Assembly: GCA_965207885.1 (NCBI GenBank)
Contig: OZ242311.1
Location: forward strand, 3,840,001-3,904,000
Direction of reading: 5' to 3'
DNA length: 64,000 bases
Source: Candidatus Latescibacterota bacterium
GTDB lineage: Bacteria; Latescibacterota; UBA2968
Under the pieces are notes generated by a model. That model had not been told where the DNA came from, searched no databases, and worked only from the letters and a program-made list of their open reading frames with translations. Each line of letters begins with the position of its first letter. The first letter of the stretch is position 1. Below, piece after piece: positions 40,018-49,761 of this stretch. The position numbers and the translations under genes were made by a program.

Positions 40018-40794
40018 TTACGGAATCGCCATTCTGAAAATGGGATGACTATCGGATGCGTTTGAAAGACACCCGTGGCGATTCACAAGCGGGATCATAT
40101 CCGTAGTAATGTGATCCACATTGATATAGCGGCAGATCAGGGAACGGCGCCTTTTAGAAGACGTATTGGAATCAGAGCCGTGGGGCAGGCACAGATGAAA
40201 AAAGAGGGCATCGCCCGCATTCAGAACAACGGGCACGGCATCGGTGGTATCAAATTCTCCTTCGTCAAACCAGGGCTGATCCGAATTGGGGCGTTTCAGG
40301 ATACCCTGCCGGTGCAAACCGGGCACAACTTGAAGACAGCCGTTTTCGGGAGTCGCCTCATCCACAGCGATCCAGACAGTGGCAACTGGGAGAGGTATTG
40401 AATAAAAATAAGGCGCGTCCTGGTGCCAGGCATGAGCAGACCCGTAGAAAGCGGGTTTGAGCTGGGCTTCGTCGCCGAAAAAGCGCAAGTTATCGCCCAG
40501 AATATCCCGCATACACGACAGAATGGGTTCACAGGTAGCCACAGACCGAAAAAAAGAATCGTGCCGGACAACGCGGCTGACTTTGCGAATGCGGTTCAAG
40601 GGATTCTCGGGGCGAATATCCAGGCGCTGGACCTCGGGTTCGACCTGCACGGCAATCCCGGAATCGAGTTGCCCGAGCGCAGCGCGATCCAGGTGTTCGG
40701 CGATCTCTTTGAGAAGCCCCGGCGAAATGAGTCCCTCTACAATGGTAAAACCGTCTGCGTGATAATCCCGGATTTGATTGGGTGTGAGAGTCAT
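40018..40794 (-). CDS. PhyH-family dioxygenase (canonical HxD)
   Basis: WHQDAPY, VWIAVDEATPENGCLQVVPG.H, PHGS..N.S...RR. Confidence 0.92.
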   Translation of the reverse strand: MTLTPNQIRDYHADGFTIVEGLISPGLLKEIAEHLDRAALGQLDSGIAVQVEPEVQRLDIRPENPLNRIRKVSRVVRHDSFFRSVATCEPILSCMRDILGDNLRFFGDEAQLKPAFYGSAHAWHQDAPYFYSIPLPVATVWIAVDEATPENGCLQVVPGLHRQGILKRPNSDQPWFDEGEFDTTDAVPVVLNAGDALFFHLCLPHGSDSNTSSKRRRSLICRYINVDHITTDMIPLVNRHGCLSNASDSHPIFRMAIP

Positions 40795-40821
40795 AAAAAC
40801 CTACCTTTTTTAACCCCAGAT

Positions 40822-40864
40822 GGGTCTTTATCCACATGCCCGCGGCGATGCTCCGACAATCGAA
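40822..40864. repeat. 43-bp direct repeat, copy 2 (collapsed DUF3604 gene remnant)
   Basis: Matches 38846..38888; adjacent 40791-40821 resembles the DUF3604 3' end. Confidence 0.85.
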
Positions 40865-40977
40865 AAACGCCTCGGAACTATCCCGAGGGTCACAAGATGA
40901 CTTTTGTTTTAGAAAATAATTGGTATATTCTTCACAAGAATCCTGATACAACCTGCATTTTCTCGGAGAAATCAACA

Positions 40978-42228
40978 GTGACAACAAACACCATTCGCGT
41001 GGGCATCATCGGAACTGGCAGCCGTGGCATCAACTGTATTAGCCATCAAATTGCCGAACAAGCCAGCGACCTGGACATCACAATCACCGCCTTTTGCAAC
41101 CGAACAGAAAGCCGAATGCACATCGCCCTTGAAGATGTGAACAGGATCGCGGCGGCAGCGGGCAACAGAACTTTTTCACCCACATTCTACAGCGCTCCAA
41201 CAGCCCTGATTGCCGACGATAACGTAGATCTGGTTGTCATCACCACGCCCACGGCAGCCCACCGCGAAGCGGCAATACCCGCACTGCGCTCGGGCAAAAA
41301 GGTCTATCTGGACAAGCCCATCGCACATACGCTTGAAGACGCCATAGCCATTCAAAAAGAAGAGCACAACACAAATAATCCGATGATCATGGGCTTTACC
41401 AGGCGCTATGAACAGCCCTGGATCGAACTCTACAACCTGCTGAAAAGCGGCGTCATTGGCGACCTCAAAATGATGCTCATTCGCGCCGTAATCCCCTACA
41501 CGCATTATTTTATGACCTGGCACCGCACGCGGTCCTTAAGCGGTGGTGCGCTCAACGACAAAGCATCGCACTACACAGACGTATTCAACTGGTTTGCGGG
41601 CGGGCATTGCCTCCAGGTCAACGCCTTTGGGGGGCGCAACCTCTTTGAAGTGCGCGAAGACGCCCCTGAATTTTGTGCTGTCTGCGACGACTGGACCTGT
41701 CCTTATCGAGCGGAGTTGGTCGAAACGGGCACACAGGATCAGGCTCGGGGCGCGATAGATCAGACCTTCGCCCAGGAAACCGATCCCATGCGCCGAAAAG
41801 ACAACTGCGTATATAAACCCGGCGCAGACATCTTCGACCACGCATCCATCCACTTCCAGTACGACAACGGAATCGTCGCATCCATCTTCTACGCCATTTA
41901 CGGTCCCCAAGCCGAAGATGAAGAAACCTTTGAACTCGTCGGCACAAAAGGCCGAATGATCCTGACGCGCCTGAGGGGCGAAATCGACCTCGTAACGGAC
42001 TATGGGGAACGCAGAGAAGAAATCATACAATGCAAAGCCGAAGCCTTTGAAACCTCTCACTTCGGCGCAGACCGCAAGCTGGTTCAGGAAATTGCCAAAT
42101 TTGCCCGCGGCGGTCCATCCCCAGTAGATGGCCAATACGGCATGGAAGCCACGCGAATGATCCTATCTGCAATGCAATCCATCGACCAGGGCGGCGAAAC
42201 GGTTCGCCTCGCCAATGGACCAATATAA
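40978..42228 (+). CDS. Gfo/Idh/MocA family oxidoreductase
   Basis: GTG start after GGAG; VGIIGTGSRG, LDKPIA, GFTRRY, GGALNDKASHY.D, HFGAD. Confidence 0.92.
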   Translation: MTTNTIRVGIIGTGSRGINCISHQIAEQASDLDITITAFCNRTESRMHIALEDVNRIAAAAGNRTFSPTFYSAPTALIADDNVDLVVITTPTAAHREAAIPALRSGKKVYLDKPIAHTLEDAIAIQKEEHNTNNPMIMGFTRRYEQPWIELYNLLKSGVIGDLKMMLIRAVIPYTHYFMTWHRTRSLSGGALNDKASHYTDVFNWFAGGHCLQVNAFGGRNLFEVREDAPEFCAVCDDWTCPYRAELVETGTQDQARGAIDQTFAQETDPMRRKDNCVYKPGADIFDHASIHFQYDNGIVASIFYAIYGPQAEDEETFELVGTKGRMILTRLRGEIDLVTDYGERREEIIQCKAEAFETSHFGADRKLVQEIAKFARGGPSPVDGQYGMEATRMILSAMQSIDQGGETVRLANGPI

Positions 42229-42238
42229 AGGAGGAAAA

Positions 42239-43057
42239 ATGACACCCATACCCATGACCGACGAGCAAAAATTCTTCTTCGACCTTCGCGGCTGGATCCT
42301 GCTGCCATCTGTGCTATCGGCAGCCGAGATAGAAGAGATGAAAGCCGAAGTATATGCCGGTGCCAGGAGGAGTTATGAGGGCGCGCTTCAGAACCTGCTG
42401 GACCACCCGGCAATCGTCGGCATTCTAAACGAAATTCTAACCGAGGAACCTTTTGTAAAAGACGATTGCTACGGCTTCCGCTGCGAAGGCTCCTTCACCA
42501 CCGTGCGACCTCCCGGATGGGACAAATCGGAACGGAGAGACAACGGCATGCCCCACGTCGTGCGTCCCCCCCAGCGAGCCAACGCCATGCGCTATCAGGT
42601 CGCGGGAAATAAAATTTTTGCCGGGCTGACCCGGGTCGTATGGGAACTCGAGGAAGTGGTGGCAGGACAGGGCGGAACCTCTTTTCTCAGCGGATCACAC
42701 AAAGCGCACTTCAATTACGGAGGCCCGGATCCGTTTCGACCAAATATCGGCGGTTCCCCCTATGAATCCAGTATGAGAGATGCAATGAATGATTATAGCT
42801 GCCCCGCAGGCTCGGTGGTTATCTTCACGGAAAGCCTGATCCACGCGGCCAACGACTGGATCAATCCGAATAACCCGAGATGCGCGGTCTTCAACTGCTA
42901 CAACTCCATCTGGGCACAATGGCATCGCCTCAACCTCGACCACGAAACAATCGAAGCCATGCCTCCGAAGCGGCGGACGCTCTTCCGCGGCACCTGGGCA
43001 ATTGGTGGCGGGCCAAATGGCAACCGCGAGTACTCCCTGGATAACAGAACCGTCTAA
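42239..43057 (+). CDS. PhyH-like Fe(II)/2OG enzyme (atypical metal motif)
   Basis: SD AGGAGG; EQKFFFDLRGW, GGTSFLSGSHK, AGSVVIFTESLIHA; proximal motif appears to be PHVV. Confidence 0.78.
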   Translation: MTPIPMTDEQKFFFDLRGWILLPSVLSAAEIEEMKAEVYAGARRSYEGALQNLLDHPAIVGILNEILTEEPFVKDDCYGFRCEGSFTTVRPPGWDKSERRDNGMPHVVRPPQRANAMRYQVAGNKIFAGLTRVVWELEEVVAGQGGTSFLSGSHKAHFNYGGPDPFRPNIGGSPYESSMRDAMNDYSCPAGSVVIFTESLIHAANDWINPNNPRCAVFNCYNSIWAQWHRLNLDHETIEAMPPKRRTLFRGTWAIGGGPNGNREYSLDNRTV

Positions 43058-44817
43058 CGGCCTGTTCTATTCCGCATCTGTTCAACCACTGGCGTCACTG
43101 GCGCTTCGCCGCTATAAAGTGCCTGCCCCCGTTCGTAGGAAACCTCCACCTCGCCATCCTTCACCTCCAGCCGGGGCACATTGTATTCTCGCGCATCCCG
43201 ATCCGTGCCGCGCATTACGGCCAAATGTGCGTCCGTCATACCCTCCACCATATCGTCGCCCCAGCGGTTCCACGGATGCACGATTTCCCCGCCGCTGCGG
43301 TGAAAACTCCGCGACGAGTATTTGATTAAAATCCCTCGCCGCGGGATGGGATTCTTCCACGCCGTGGTGCCATGCGTCGTCGAGCCATCGGCAAAAAACA
43401 GCACATCTCCCGCCTCCATCACCAACTGCTTCACCAGCCCCATGTCATCGTCGCAGGACCGCACGCCCGGCGGCGTCGGGTATTTCCCCTTGTGAGAACC
43501 CGGAACACAGGCAAACCCGCCAAGACCGGGCGGAACATCCCGCAACTGCCATGTAATCGTCACCGCCTCCGAATAGCTCCGCCCATTCTGAAACTGATAG
43601 CCCATCGGCGGATACATCGGTTCCCCGGCATCGTGCAGCGCATGGCCAGACGTCCCCTGAACCGAACAAAACGCCGACGGACCACTCATTCGCGCGCCGC
43701 TCCCGCCCATCCACGTCAACCTGTGCTGCACAGGCGGGTGAGCCACCATCTTCCGAAACGGCTCGCAATACGGCTCGGGAAGATCCAGCAAACCGCCCAG
43801 CACCGGACGCCCCGTGCCCGCCAGACTCTTTGACCCCCGCGACAATTCCTCCTGCACCACAATCTGGTCTTCAAACTTGTCAATCGCCTCGTTCGCCTTC
43901 TCCAACCATTCCTCGTCCATCACCCCTTTGAGAATCAAATACCCGTTCAACTCCCAGAAATAGAACTCTTTTTCATCGATATTGGAATTGGGATCCCGAC
44001 TGTAAATTGAAGGGTGAAACACCTCTCGCGATTCATCTATTTTTACCGTCTCGCCATCCGTCACAATCACCGGCGGAGGCGTCGAATACGCATAATCCGG
44101 TTTGTAAAGCGACGCGCGCTGTTCGGGGCTGATCTCTGCCTGCCATTCAGGAGAGGGATCCTCCGCAACCATTGGACCCGTCCCGGCAGACTGAATCGCC
44201 GCCCGCCCCACATACTCGTAGCTCAACAATCTCCGAGACTCTTTGCTCGACCGCACCCCCTGCAACACCGTCCCCGCCACCAGAAATAGATCTCCGGCCT
44301 TTAGCAATGGCTGGAACGTCAGACCCATATCGTCCACACCCGTAGCCACGTCCTCTGGCGTCTCCACATTCACCTTGTGGGTACACGGCACCATCACAAA
44401 ACCACCATCGCCCTCTTCCACATCCTCAAGCGCCCAGATCGCCCGCACTGCCTGGCAATACCGGCGACCATTCTGAAAATAGTACGCCCTGGCAGGATTT
44501 CTCGGCTCATTGCCCCCCACCAGAGGCGCCTCTACATCCCAGGTCTCATCGCACAACAACTCTGGCTCCCGGTCCAGCCGGAACCCATGGCCCACAATCT
44601 GATTTAAATACCACACCAATTGTGGATGAATCATCAAATCCCGAAACAGATCCCGAAGTGGGGAATCCCATCTCAACATCCCCTCACTCTCCCCCCCTTT
44701 GTCCAGCGCCTCATTCAGCGCCTTCACCTCACCTCGGTTCAACACGCCCGGGATGTGCAAATAACCTGCCACATCAAAGCTGTAATTCTCCTCGTTGCTC
44801 ATCGCTTCCCGGTCCAT
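43054..44817 (-). CDS. Tandem two-domain PhyH-like protein, copy A
   Basis: Two PhyH-like repeats (FDVAGYL.../FWELNGYL...); C-domain LHDA...VPGSHK...THG. Confidence 0.82.
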   Translation of the reverse strand: MDREAMSNEENYSFDVAGYLHIPGVLNRGEVKALNEALDKGGESEGMLRWDSPLRDLFRDLMIHPQLVWYLNQIVGHGFRLDREPELLCDETWDVEAPLVGGNEPRNPARAYYFQNGRRYCQAVRAIWALEDVEEGDGGFVMVPCTHKVNVETPEDVATGVDDMGLTFQPLLKAGDLFLVAGTVLQGVRSSKESRRLLSYEYVGRAAIQSAGTGPMVAEDPSPEWQAEISPEQRASLYKPDYAYSTPPPVIVTDGETVKIDESREVFHPSIYSRDPNSNIDEKEFYFWELNGYLILKGVMDEEWLEKANEAIDKFEDQIVVQEELSRGSKSLAGTGRPVLGGLLDLPEPYCEPFRKMVAHPPVQHRLTWMGGSGARMSGPSAFCSVQGTSGHALHDAGEPMYPPMGYQFQNGRSYSEAVTITWQLRDVPPGLGGFACVPGSHKGKYPTPPGVRSCDDDMGLVKQLVMEAGDVLFFADGSTTHGTTAWKNPIPRRGILIKYSSRSFHRSGGEIVHPWNRWGDDMVEGMTDAHLAVMRGTDRDAREYNVPRLEVKDGEVEVSYERGQALYSGEAPVTPVVEQMRNRTGR

Positions 44818-44864
44818 CGGTGACCTCCTGTAAGAAGATTGGGGTTTATTAGTGCATTTAATAC

Positions 44865-44893
44865 ATAGTAAGCTAATTTCTGGATCAATTCAA
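44865..44893 (-). promoter_or_regulatory. Putative sigma70 promoter
   Basis: TTGAAT-17 bp-TACTAT; conserved in the paralogous upstream region 49619..49647. Confidence 0.6.
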
Positions 44894-44960
44894 AATAAAA
44901 ATGCTTATACTGTTACGAGGGTAGCAATTAAATCCAAAAACAGAAAAGGAATTACAAAAC

Positions 44961-45863
44961 ATGACCACACAAACGCGAAAATCGCCCGATGAAATCAAAA
45001 ACCTCCTCGAAGGTCCTGTCACATCAATACCGACACCTTTTCTCTCAAATGGAGACATCGACTGGAACGGTGTGGGCAACATCATCGAAATCGGCATTGG
45101 AGGCGGTAGCGGCGTCATCTTACTGACAGCGGGCGACAGCCAGTACTTCTGCCTGAGCGAAGACGAAATCGCGCAACTCACACAATTTACCATCGCGCGC
45201 ACCGCCGGTCGCGCCCTCACCATCGCCGCGACCGGGGCATGGCCCACCCGGCAAGCAGAAGCGTTCGCCCACAGATGCGTCGAATGGGGCGTAGATGCGC
45301 TCATGTCCGTCACCACATTCCACGGCTCAGACCCCGAAGGCGTGGCCGCCCACAATGCCGCAATCGGCAAAATCATCCCGGTAATGCTCGTCGGCTATCC
45401 CTCACACCGCGCACTGGATATGCTCATAGACGAACCCGGCATCTGCTGCTTCAAAGAAGACGGCGACACGGCCTATGCCGTAGAAACCCTGCAAAAATAC
45501 GGCCACCACTGGAAAATCATGACCGGAGGCACCCTGTGGCGTCACCTTCTCGAATGGCCCTTTGGCTGCACCACCTTCATGGACTGGTCCACCTCATTCG
45601 CCCCTTACATCGGCTCGGAATTCCACCAAGCTCTATGCCGCAACGACATAGTCGAAGCGCGGCGGATCACAGTCGAAATCGAACGCCCGCTCTGGGATCT
45701 GCAGCCCAATTTCCGGGGCGGATGGCAAACCATGTGGCGCGCCATCCTGGAACTCTACGGCGTCTCCGCCCGATATCTCAGATCCCCCCAACTCTCTGCC
45801 ACGGAAAAAGACATGGAATTTCTCCGTGCGTCCCTGGATCAAATCGGCCTGCTCCCCGAGTAA
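44961..45863 (+). CDS. Dihydrodipicolinate synthase-family (class I) aldolase/lyase
   Basis: IPTPF..NGDID, L.AGDSQY..LSEDEI, Schiff-base Lys in CFKED. Confidence 0.85.
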   Translation: MTTQTRKSPDEIKNLLEGPVTSIPTPFLSNGDIDWNGVGNIIEIGIGGGSGVILLTAGDSQYFCLSEDEIAQLTQFTIARTAGRALTIAATGAWPTRQAEAFAHRCVEWGVDALMSVTTFHGSDPEGVAAHNAAIGKIIPVMLVGYPSHRALDMLIDEPGICCFKEDGDTAYAVETLQKYGHHWKIMTGGTLWRHLLEWPFGCTTFMDWSTSFAPYIGSEFHQALCRNDIVEARRITVEIERPLWDLQPNFRGGWQTMWRAILELYGVSARYLRSPQLSATEKDMEFLRASLDQIGLLPE

Positions 45864-45865
45864 TA

Positions 45866-47173
45866 TTAAGGCAACGCATACACCCACATAAACCTTCGGT
45901 CGTAAATCAGAGCCTCATCTCTACCGTCATTGTTCATATCACACACCTGCATCGCATAGCTATAACCGATATCGTCGAGCCGCGTACGCTCCAAAATACC
46001 CGCCGGACAATCGGGATGTTTGGCATTTGCCGGTGGAGAAAACGCCAGCGATATCTCGCCGTCTCCATCCATCCCCCAGGGCCATCCGCCATCGGCATAC
46101 CCGATCCATGTCTGGCTCCCCCGAAGCGCGATAATCGGCCGGTTTCTGTGCATGCGGAGCTTTTCCCCGCCTCTGGGAAAACCCATCGGCCAGACCCGCT
46201 CGGTGGGCCTGCTCCACACTTCTGTGCCATCTGGTCCGTAGAGCACCATAGGGCCATCTGGCGAATTGTAGAGCGCGACCTGAAATTCAGAATCCGAACG
46301 AAAGCGTCCCAGAGCCGTACCCTGGCAATGAATGTGTTCTCTCGAAAAATAAGTCCCGCCTCCCGCCCCAAAAAGGTGCAACTTGTCGGACGCGGCAATA
46401 GAAAAAACTGGCCCGCTGGCAGTGTGAAACACATCCGTGTAATCCACATGCTGTTGGTCTGCATTCAGTGTTTCCGAGTCAACAGCATCCATCGTCCACA
46501 AAATCTGCCCGTCCATGCCCACGGCACAGTATCCGATCAGATACACCTGCTCGCCATCCACATCCAGAGACAAAATGTGGTGTCCACCTCCCGGAACGGC
46601 TTTGGGGCCCCATACCGGCTCCAGATCTGCATTCAAACCCAGCACTGGCTCGCCATATCGCCACGAACCATTTCCCATCTCTCCATTTTTGATCGCAATA
46701 GCGGCCTCGTGTTTATCGGTGGGCCGTACAGCGGTCTGGAGGATATAGTAATTCTCATCGGGAAGACGGGCACTCTTTACCTCCTCCCCTGTCTCGCCAT
46801 CCAGGACCACAACCCTATCGCCATCAGCTAAGACCACCTCAATGCGCCCGTCCCCATCAATATCCCCCGTGGCGATACAGGCTTCATAGGAGTGAGAGAT
46901 ATAGGGGATATACGGCGGATTTGGCTTTCCCCACGTCCACATGCGTCGGCCATCTGCGCGAAACGCCGAGACAGACACCGTCTCGGGAAACAGCGCGCTT
47001 ACAAAATCCCAACTCCGGAACGGCTCTGGCCCAAAGATGCCCGGCCCCTGATAGGTGATAATCTCCGGAACTCCATCTCCGTCGATATCCGCCGGAAAAC
47101 ACTCTGCCCCGCCGTATTCCTCAAATGCAATTTCAAACAAACACGATACCGTTGCCATTATCGCCTCCTGCAC
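45866..47173 (-). CDS. FG-GAP-repeat beta-propeller protein (PL11-like architecture)
   Basis: DIDGDG repeats, LDGETGE, GGHH, HVD, DMNNDGRDE. Confidence 0.7.
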   Translation of the reverse strand: MQEAIMATVSCLFEIAFEEYGGAECFPADIDGDGVPEIITYQGPGIFGPEPFRSWDFVSALFPETVSVSAFRADGRRMWTWGKPNPPYIPYISHSYEACIATGDIDGDGRIEVVLADGDRVVVLDGETGEEVKSARLPDENYYILQTAVRPTDKHEAAIAIKNGEMGNGSWRYGEPVLGLNADLEPVWGPKAVPGGGHHILSLDVDGEQVYLIGYCAVGMDGQILWTMDAVDSETLNADQQHVDYTDVFHTASGPVFSIAASDKLHLFGAGGGTYFSREHIHCQGTALGRFRSDSEFQVALYNSPDGPMVLYGPDGTEVWSRPTERVWPMGFPRGGEKLRMHRNRPIIALRGSQTWIGYADGGWPWGMDGDGEISLAFSPPANAKHPDCPAGILERTRLDDIGYSYAMQVCDMNNDGRDEALIYDRRFMWVYALP

Positions 47174-47202
47174 AAAACCGGGACTTGCGATAAGCCCCGG
47201 TT

Positions 47203-47820
47203 CTATAGCCCTTGCAACTCAATCTCACCAGCGGCAATGCGCTGCAACGTCCGGACGTAAAGCCTGTGTTCCTGTTGCAGCACCCGGGCCGATAGGGTCT
47301 CGACCGAATCTCCAGGCTCAACCGGCACCTGGACCTGGTCCAAAACCTGACCGTGGTCGTATTCTTCGTCAACCAGATGCACTGTAGCCCCGGTCTCGCG
47401 CTTACCCGCGGCCAACACCGCCCGATGCACGACATCTCCGTAAAAACCCTGACCGCCAAACCTCGGCAACAGGGATGGATGGATATTGAGAACGCGCCCC
47501 CTGTACGCTGCCAAAGTCCGCGGCCCCAACCGTTTCATATACCCGGCAAGGCAGACCACCTCGACCCCATACGCCTGCAAAATCGCCAGAATAGCCTCAT
47601 CCAGAGCACCGGGCTTGGGATGGGTATAAGTACTCAAATGTGCTGCTGGCACGCCCATCTTTCTCGCCCGCTGTAGAGCACCGGAATCCGAGTTATTGCT
47701 GATAACCACCCGGGGCCTGGCCTGCAAGCGTCCTGTTTTGCAAGCATCGAGGATAGCCTGCAAATTGGTGCCTCTGTGCGAAGCCAGAAAGCCCAGTTGC
47801 AAGACCCTTCTACTCGGCAT
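47203..47820 (-). CDS. purN: Phosphoribosylglycinamide formyltransferase
   Basis: AS..GTNLQAI, CLAGYM, NIHPSLLP.FGG.G.YG, G.TVHLVDEEYDHG, EH.LY. Confidence 0.95.
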   Translation of the reverse strand: MPSRRVLQLGFLASHRGTNLQAILDACKTGRLQARPRVVISNNSDSGALQRARKMGVPAAHLSTYTHPKPGALDEAILAILQAYGVEVVCLAGYMKRLGPRTLAAYRGRVLNIHPSLLPRFGGQGFYGDVVHRAVLAAGKRETGATVHLVDEEYDHGQVLDQVQVPVEPGDSVETLSARVLQQEHRLYVRTLQRIAAGEIELQGL

Positions 47821-47832
47821 TTTCGTTCCTTC

Positions 47833-49572
47833 CTATCCTGACTTCTCCCCCGGCTTGCGATAAGACGCCGCATAGCGATCCCCTTCCGGATCGTACGACA
47901 CATGCACCTGTCCATCCCGCACGACCAACCTGGGCACTGTGCGATCCCATCCATCGCGCTCGGGGCCGCGCATAACCGCAAACTGTTCCTCCGTCATATC
48001 TTCGACCATATCGCCCCAGCGCTCCTGGGGATCGATCACGCCACCACCCCAGTTGGAATTTTTAGACTGATATTTAACCAGCACGCCCCGTCTGGGAATC
48101 GGATTTTTCCACGCCAGCGCGCCGTGTGTACACCCGCCATCCATAAAAAATAACACATCTCCCGCTTTCATTGCCGGCTGCACCACCAGCCCCATCGTCT
48201 CGTCGCATGTACGGATTCCCGGAGGCATCGAATACTGCGTCTTATGAGAACCCGGCACACAGGCAAACCCACCCAACTCCGGCTCCACATCCCGCAACTG
48301 CCACGTAATCGTCACTGTCTCGCAATAACTCCGCCCATTCTTAAACTGGTAGCCCCGCGAAGGGCTCATCGGCTCATTCCCATCGTGCAACGCGTGGCCC
48401 GACGTCCCTTGCACAGCGCAAAACACGGTACCGCCACCCGTGCGATACCCGCTGGCTCCCATCCAGTTCAGCCGATGCACCACAGCGGGATGGGCAATCA
48501 TGCGCCGGAAAGGCTCGCAATAAGGCGCGGGCAAATCCACCAGCCCCGGCAACAACGGCCGCCCCGTTCCCGCTTGACTCTTTGAACCTCGCGCCAGTTC
48601 TGCACCAACCTCAATCCGATCCTGAAATTTATCCACCGCCTCATTCGCCTTTTCCAGCCATTCTTCGTCCATCACCCCACGCACCACCAGATACCCATTC
48701 AAATCCCAAAAATAAAATTCTTTCTCATCAATTTTTGAATTTGGATCCCGAATATAAATCGAAGGATGAATCACCTCAGAATTCTCCTCCACCCGCGTCT
48801 TTTCGCCATCGGTATTCAGCACTGGCGGTGGATTAGATCCCTTAGCCCCCGGCCTGTACATCACCGCCTTCTGTTCGGGAGGCGCACTCTCCGTCCACTC
48901 GGGTCGCGTTTCGGTCTCAGCCCCCGGTCCCGGTCCATTCGACTGAATGACCGCCCGCCCTGCATACCAGTACGTCAACAGCCGTTTCGATGAACCCGTC
49001 CACGGACGCATCCCCTGCAAAGCAGATTCCGCCAGCAAAAACAAATCGCCCGCCTTTAGCACCGGCTGTTTCACCAAACCCATATCGTCCTGCCCCGTCG
49101 CCAGATCCCCGGGTGTTTCCACATTGCTCTTGTGACTCGCCTGAACCACCACAAGTCCGCCATCTCCATCCTCCACATCCTCCAGCACCCAGACCGCCTT
49201 CACCCCCTGGCACGACCGACGACCATTTTGAATAAAATACGCCCGGGACGGATTCCGAGGTTCATCTCCGCCAAACAGGCCCTGCCCGATCTCCCCCTCC
49301 CGGCTCCCCAACAACCGGGGTGCCTGATCCAGCCGGAACCCATGTCCGATAATCTGGTTCAAATACCAGACCAGTTGCGGATGCACCAGCAAATTTCGAA
49401 ACAGATCCCGCTGGGGTGCCTCCCAACCCAGCATGCCTTCGGATCCACCCACTTCGTCCAGCGCCCTGTTCAAAGTCTCAACTTCCCCGCGACTCAACAC
49501 CCCTGGAACGTGCAAATATCCGGCGACATCAAACGCATAGTTCTCTTCATTGCTCATCTCTTCCCGGTCCAT
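47833..49572 (-). CDS. Tandem two-domain PhyH-like protein, copy B
   Basis: Colinear paralog of 43054..44817; C-domain LHDG...THG. Confidence 0.82.
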   Translation of the reverse strand: MDREEMSNEENYAFDVAGYLHVPGVLSRGEVETLNRALDEVGGSEGMLGWEAPQRDLFRNLLVHPQLVWYLNQIIGHGFRLDQAPRLLGSREGEIGQGLFGGDEPRNPSRAYFIQNGRRSCQGVKAVWVLEDVEDGDGGLVVVQASHKSNVETPGDLATGQDDMGLVKQPVLKAGDLFLLAESALQGMRPWTGSSKRLLTYWYAGRAVIQSNGPGPGAETETRPEWTESAPPEQKAVMYRPGAKGSNPPPVLNTDGEKTRVEENSEVIHPSIYIRDPNSKIDEKEFYFWDLNGYLVVRGVMDEEWLEKANEAVDKFQDRIEVGAELARGSKSQAGTGRPLLPGLVDLPAPYCEPFRRMIAHPAVVHRLNWMGASGYRTGGGTVFCAVQGTSGHALHDGNEPMSPSRGYQFKNGRSYCETVTITWQLRDVEPELGGFACVPGSHKTQYSMPPGIRTCDETMGLVVQPAMKAGDVLFFMDGGCTHGALAWKNPIPRRGVLVKYQSKNSNWGGGVIDPQERWGDMVEDMTEEQFAVMRGPERDGWDRTVPRLVVRDGQVHVSYDPEGDRYAASYRKPGEKSG

Positions 49573-49618
49573 CTCTGACCTCCTCTTGGAAAATTGGGGT
49601 TATTGATGCATCTAAAAC

Positions 49619-49647
49619 ATGGTACGCCAATTTTCGGATCAATTCAA
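49619..49647 (-). promoter_or_regulatory. Putative sigma70 promoter
   Basis: TTGAAT-17 bp-TACCAT. Confidence 0.55.
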
Positions 49648-49688
49648 AATAAAAATGCTTATACTGTTGTGAAATCGAATTTTTGTAC

Positions 49689-49726
49689 AAAAAAATGAGA
49701 GACTTACAGATAAACATAAGTCCCTC
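49689..49726 (-). terminator. Intrinsic terminator after the TA pair
   Basis: Minus strand GAGGGACUUA...UAAGUCUCUC-A-U7. Confidence 0.65.
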
Positions 49727-49761
49727 TCGCAACTTGCTGTGAAATTTTCTTTACCCAGCGA

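Noticed and set aside
40423-40977. N-terminal extension of the Gfo/Idh/MocA ORF
   Set aside because: Largely antisense to PhyH 40018..40794; the Rossmann motif and SD support GTG 40978.
44961-45863. Bona fide dapA
   Set aside because: Lacks the GTTGE motif (has AGDSQ) and sits in a catabolic context; only a family-level call is supported.
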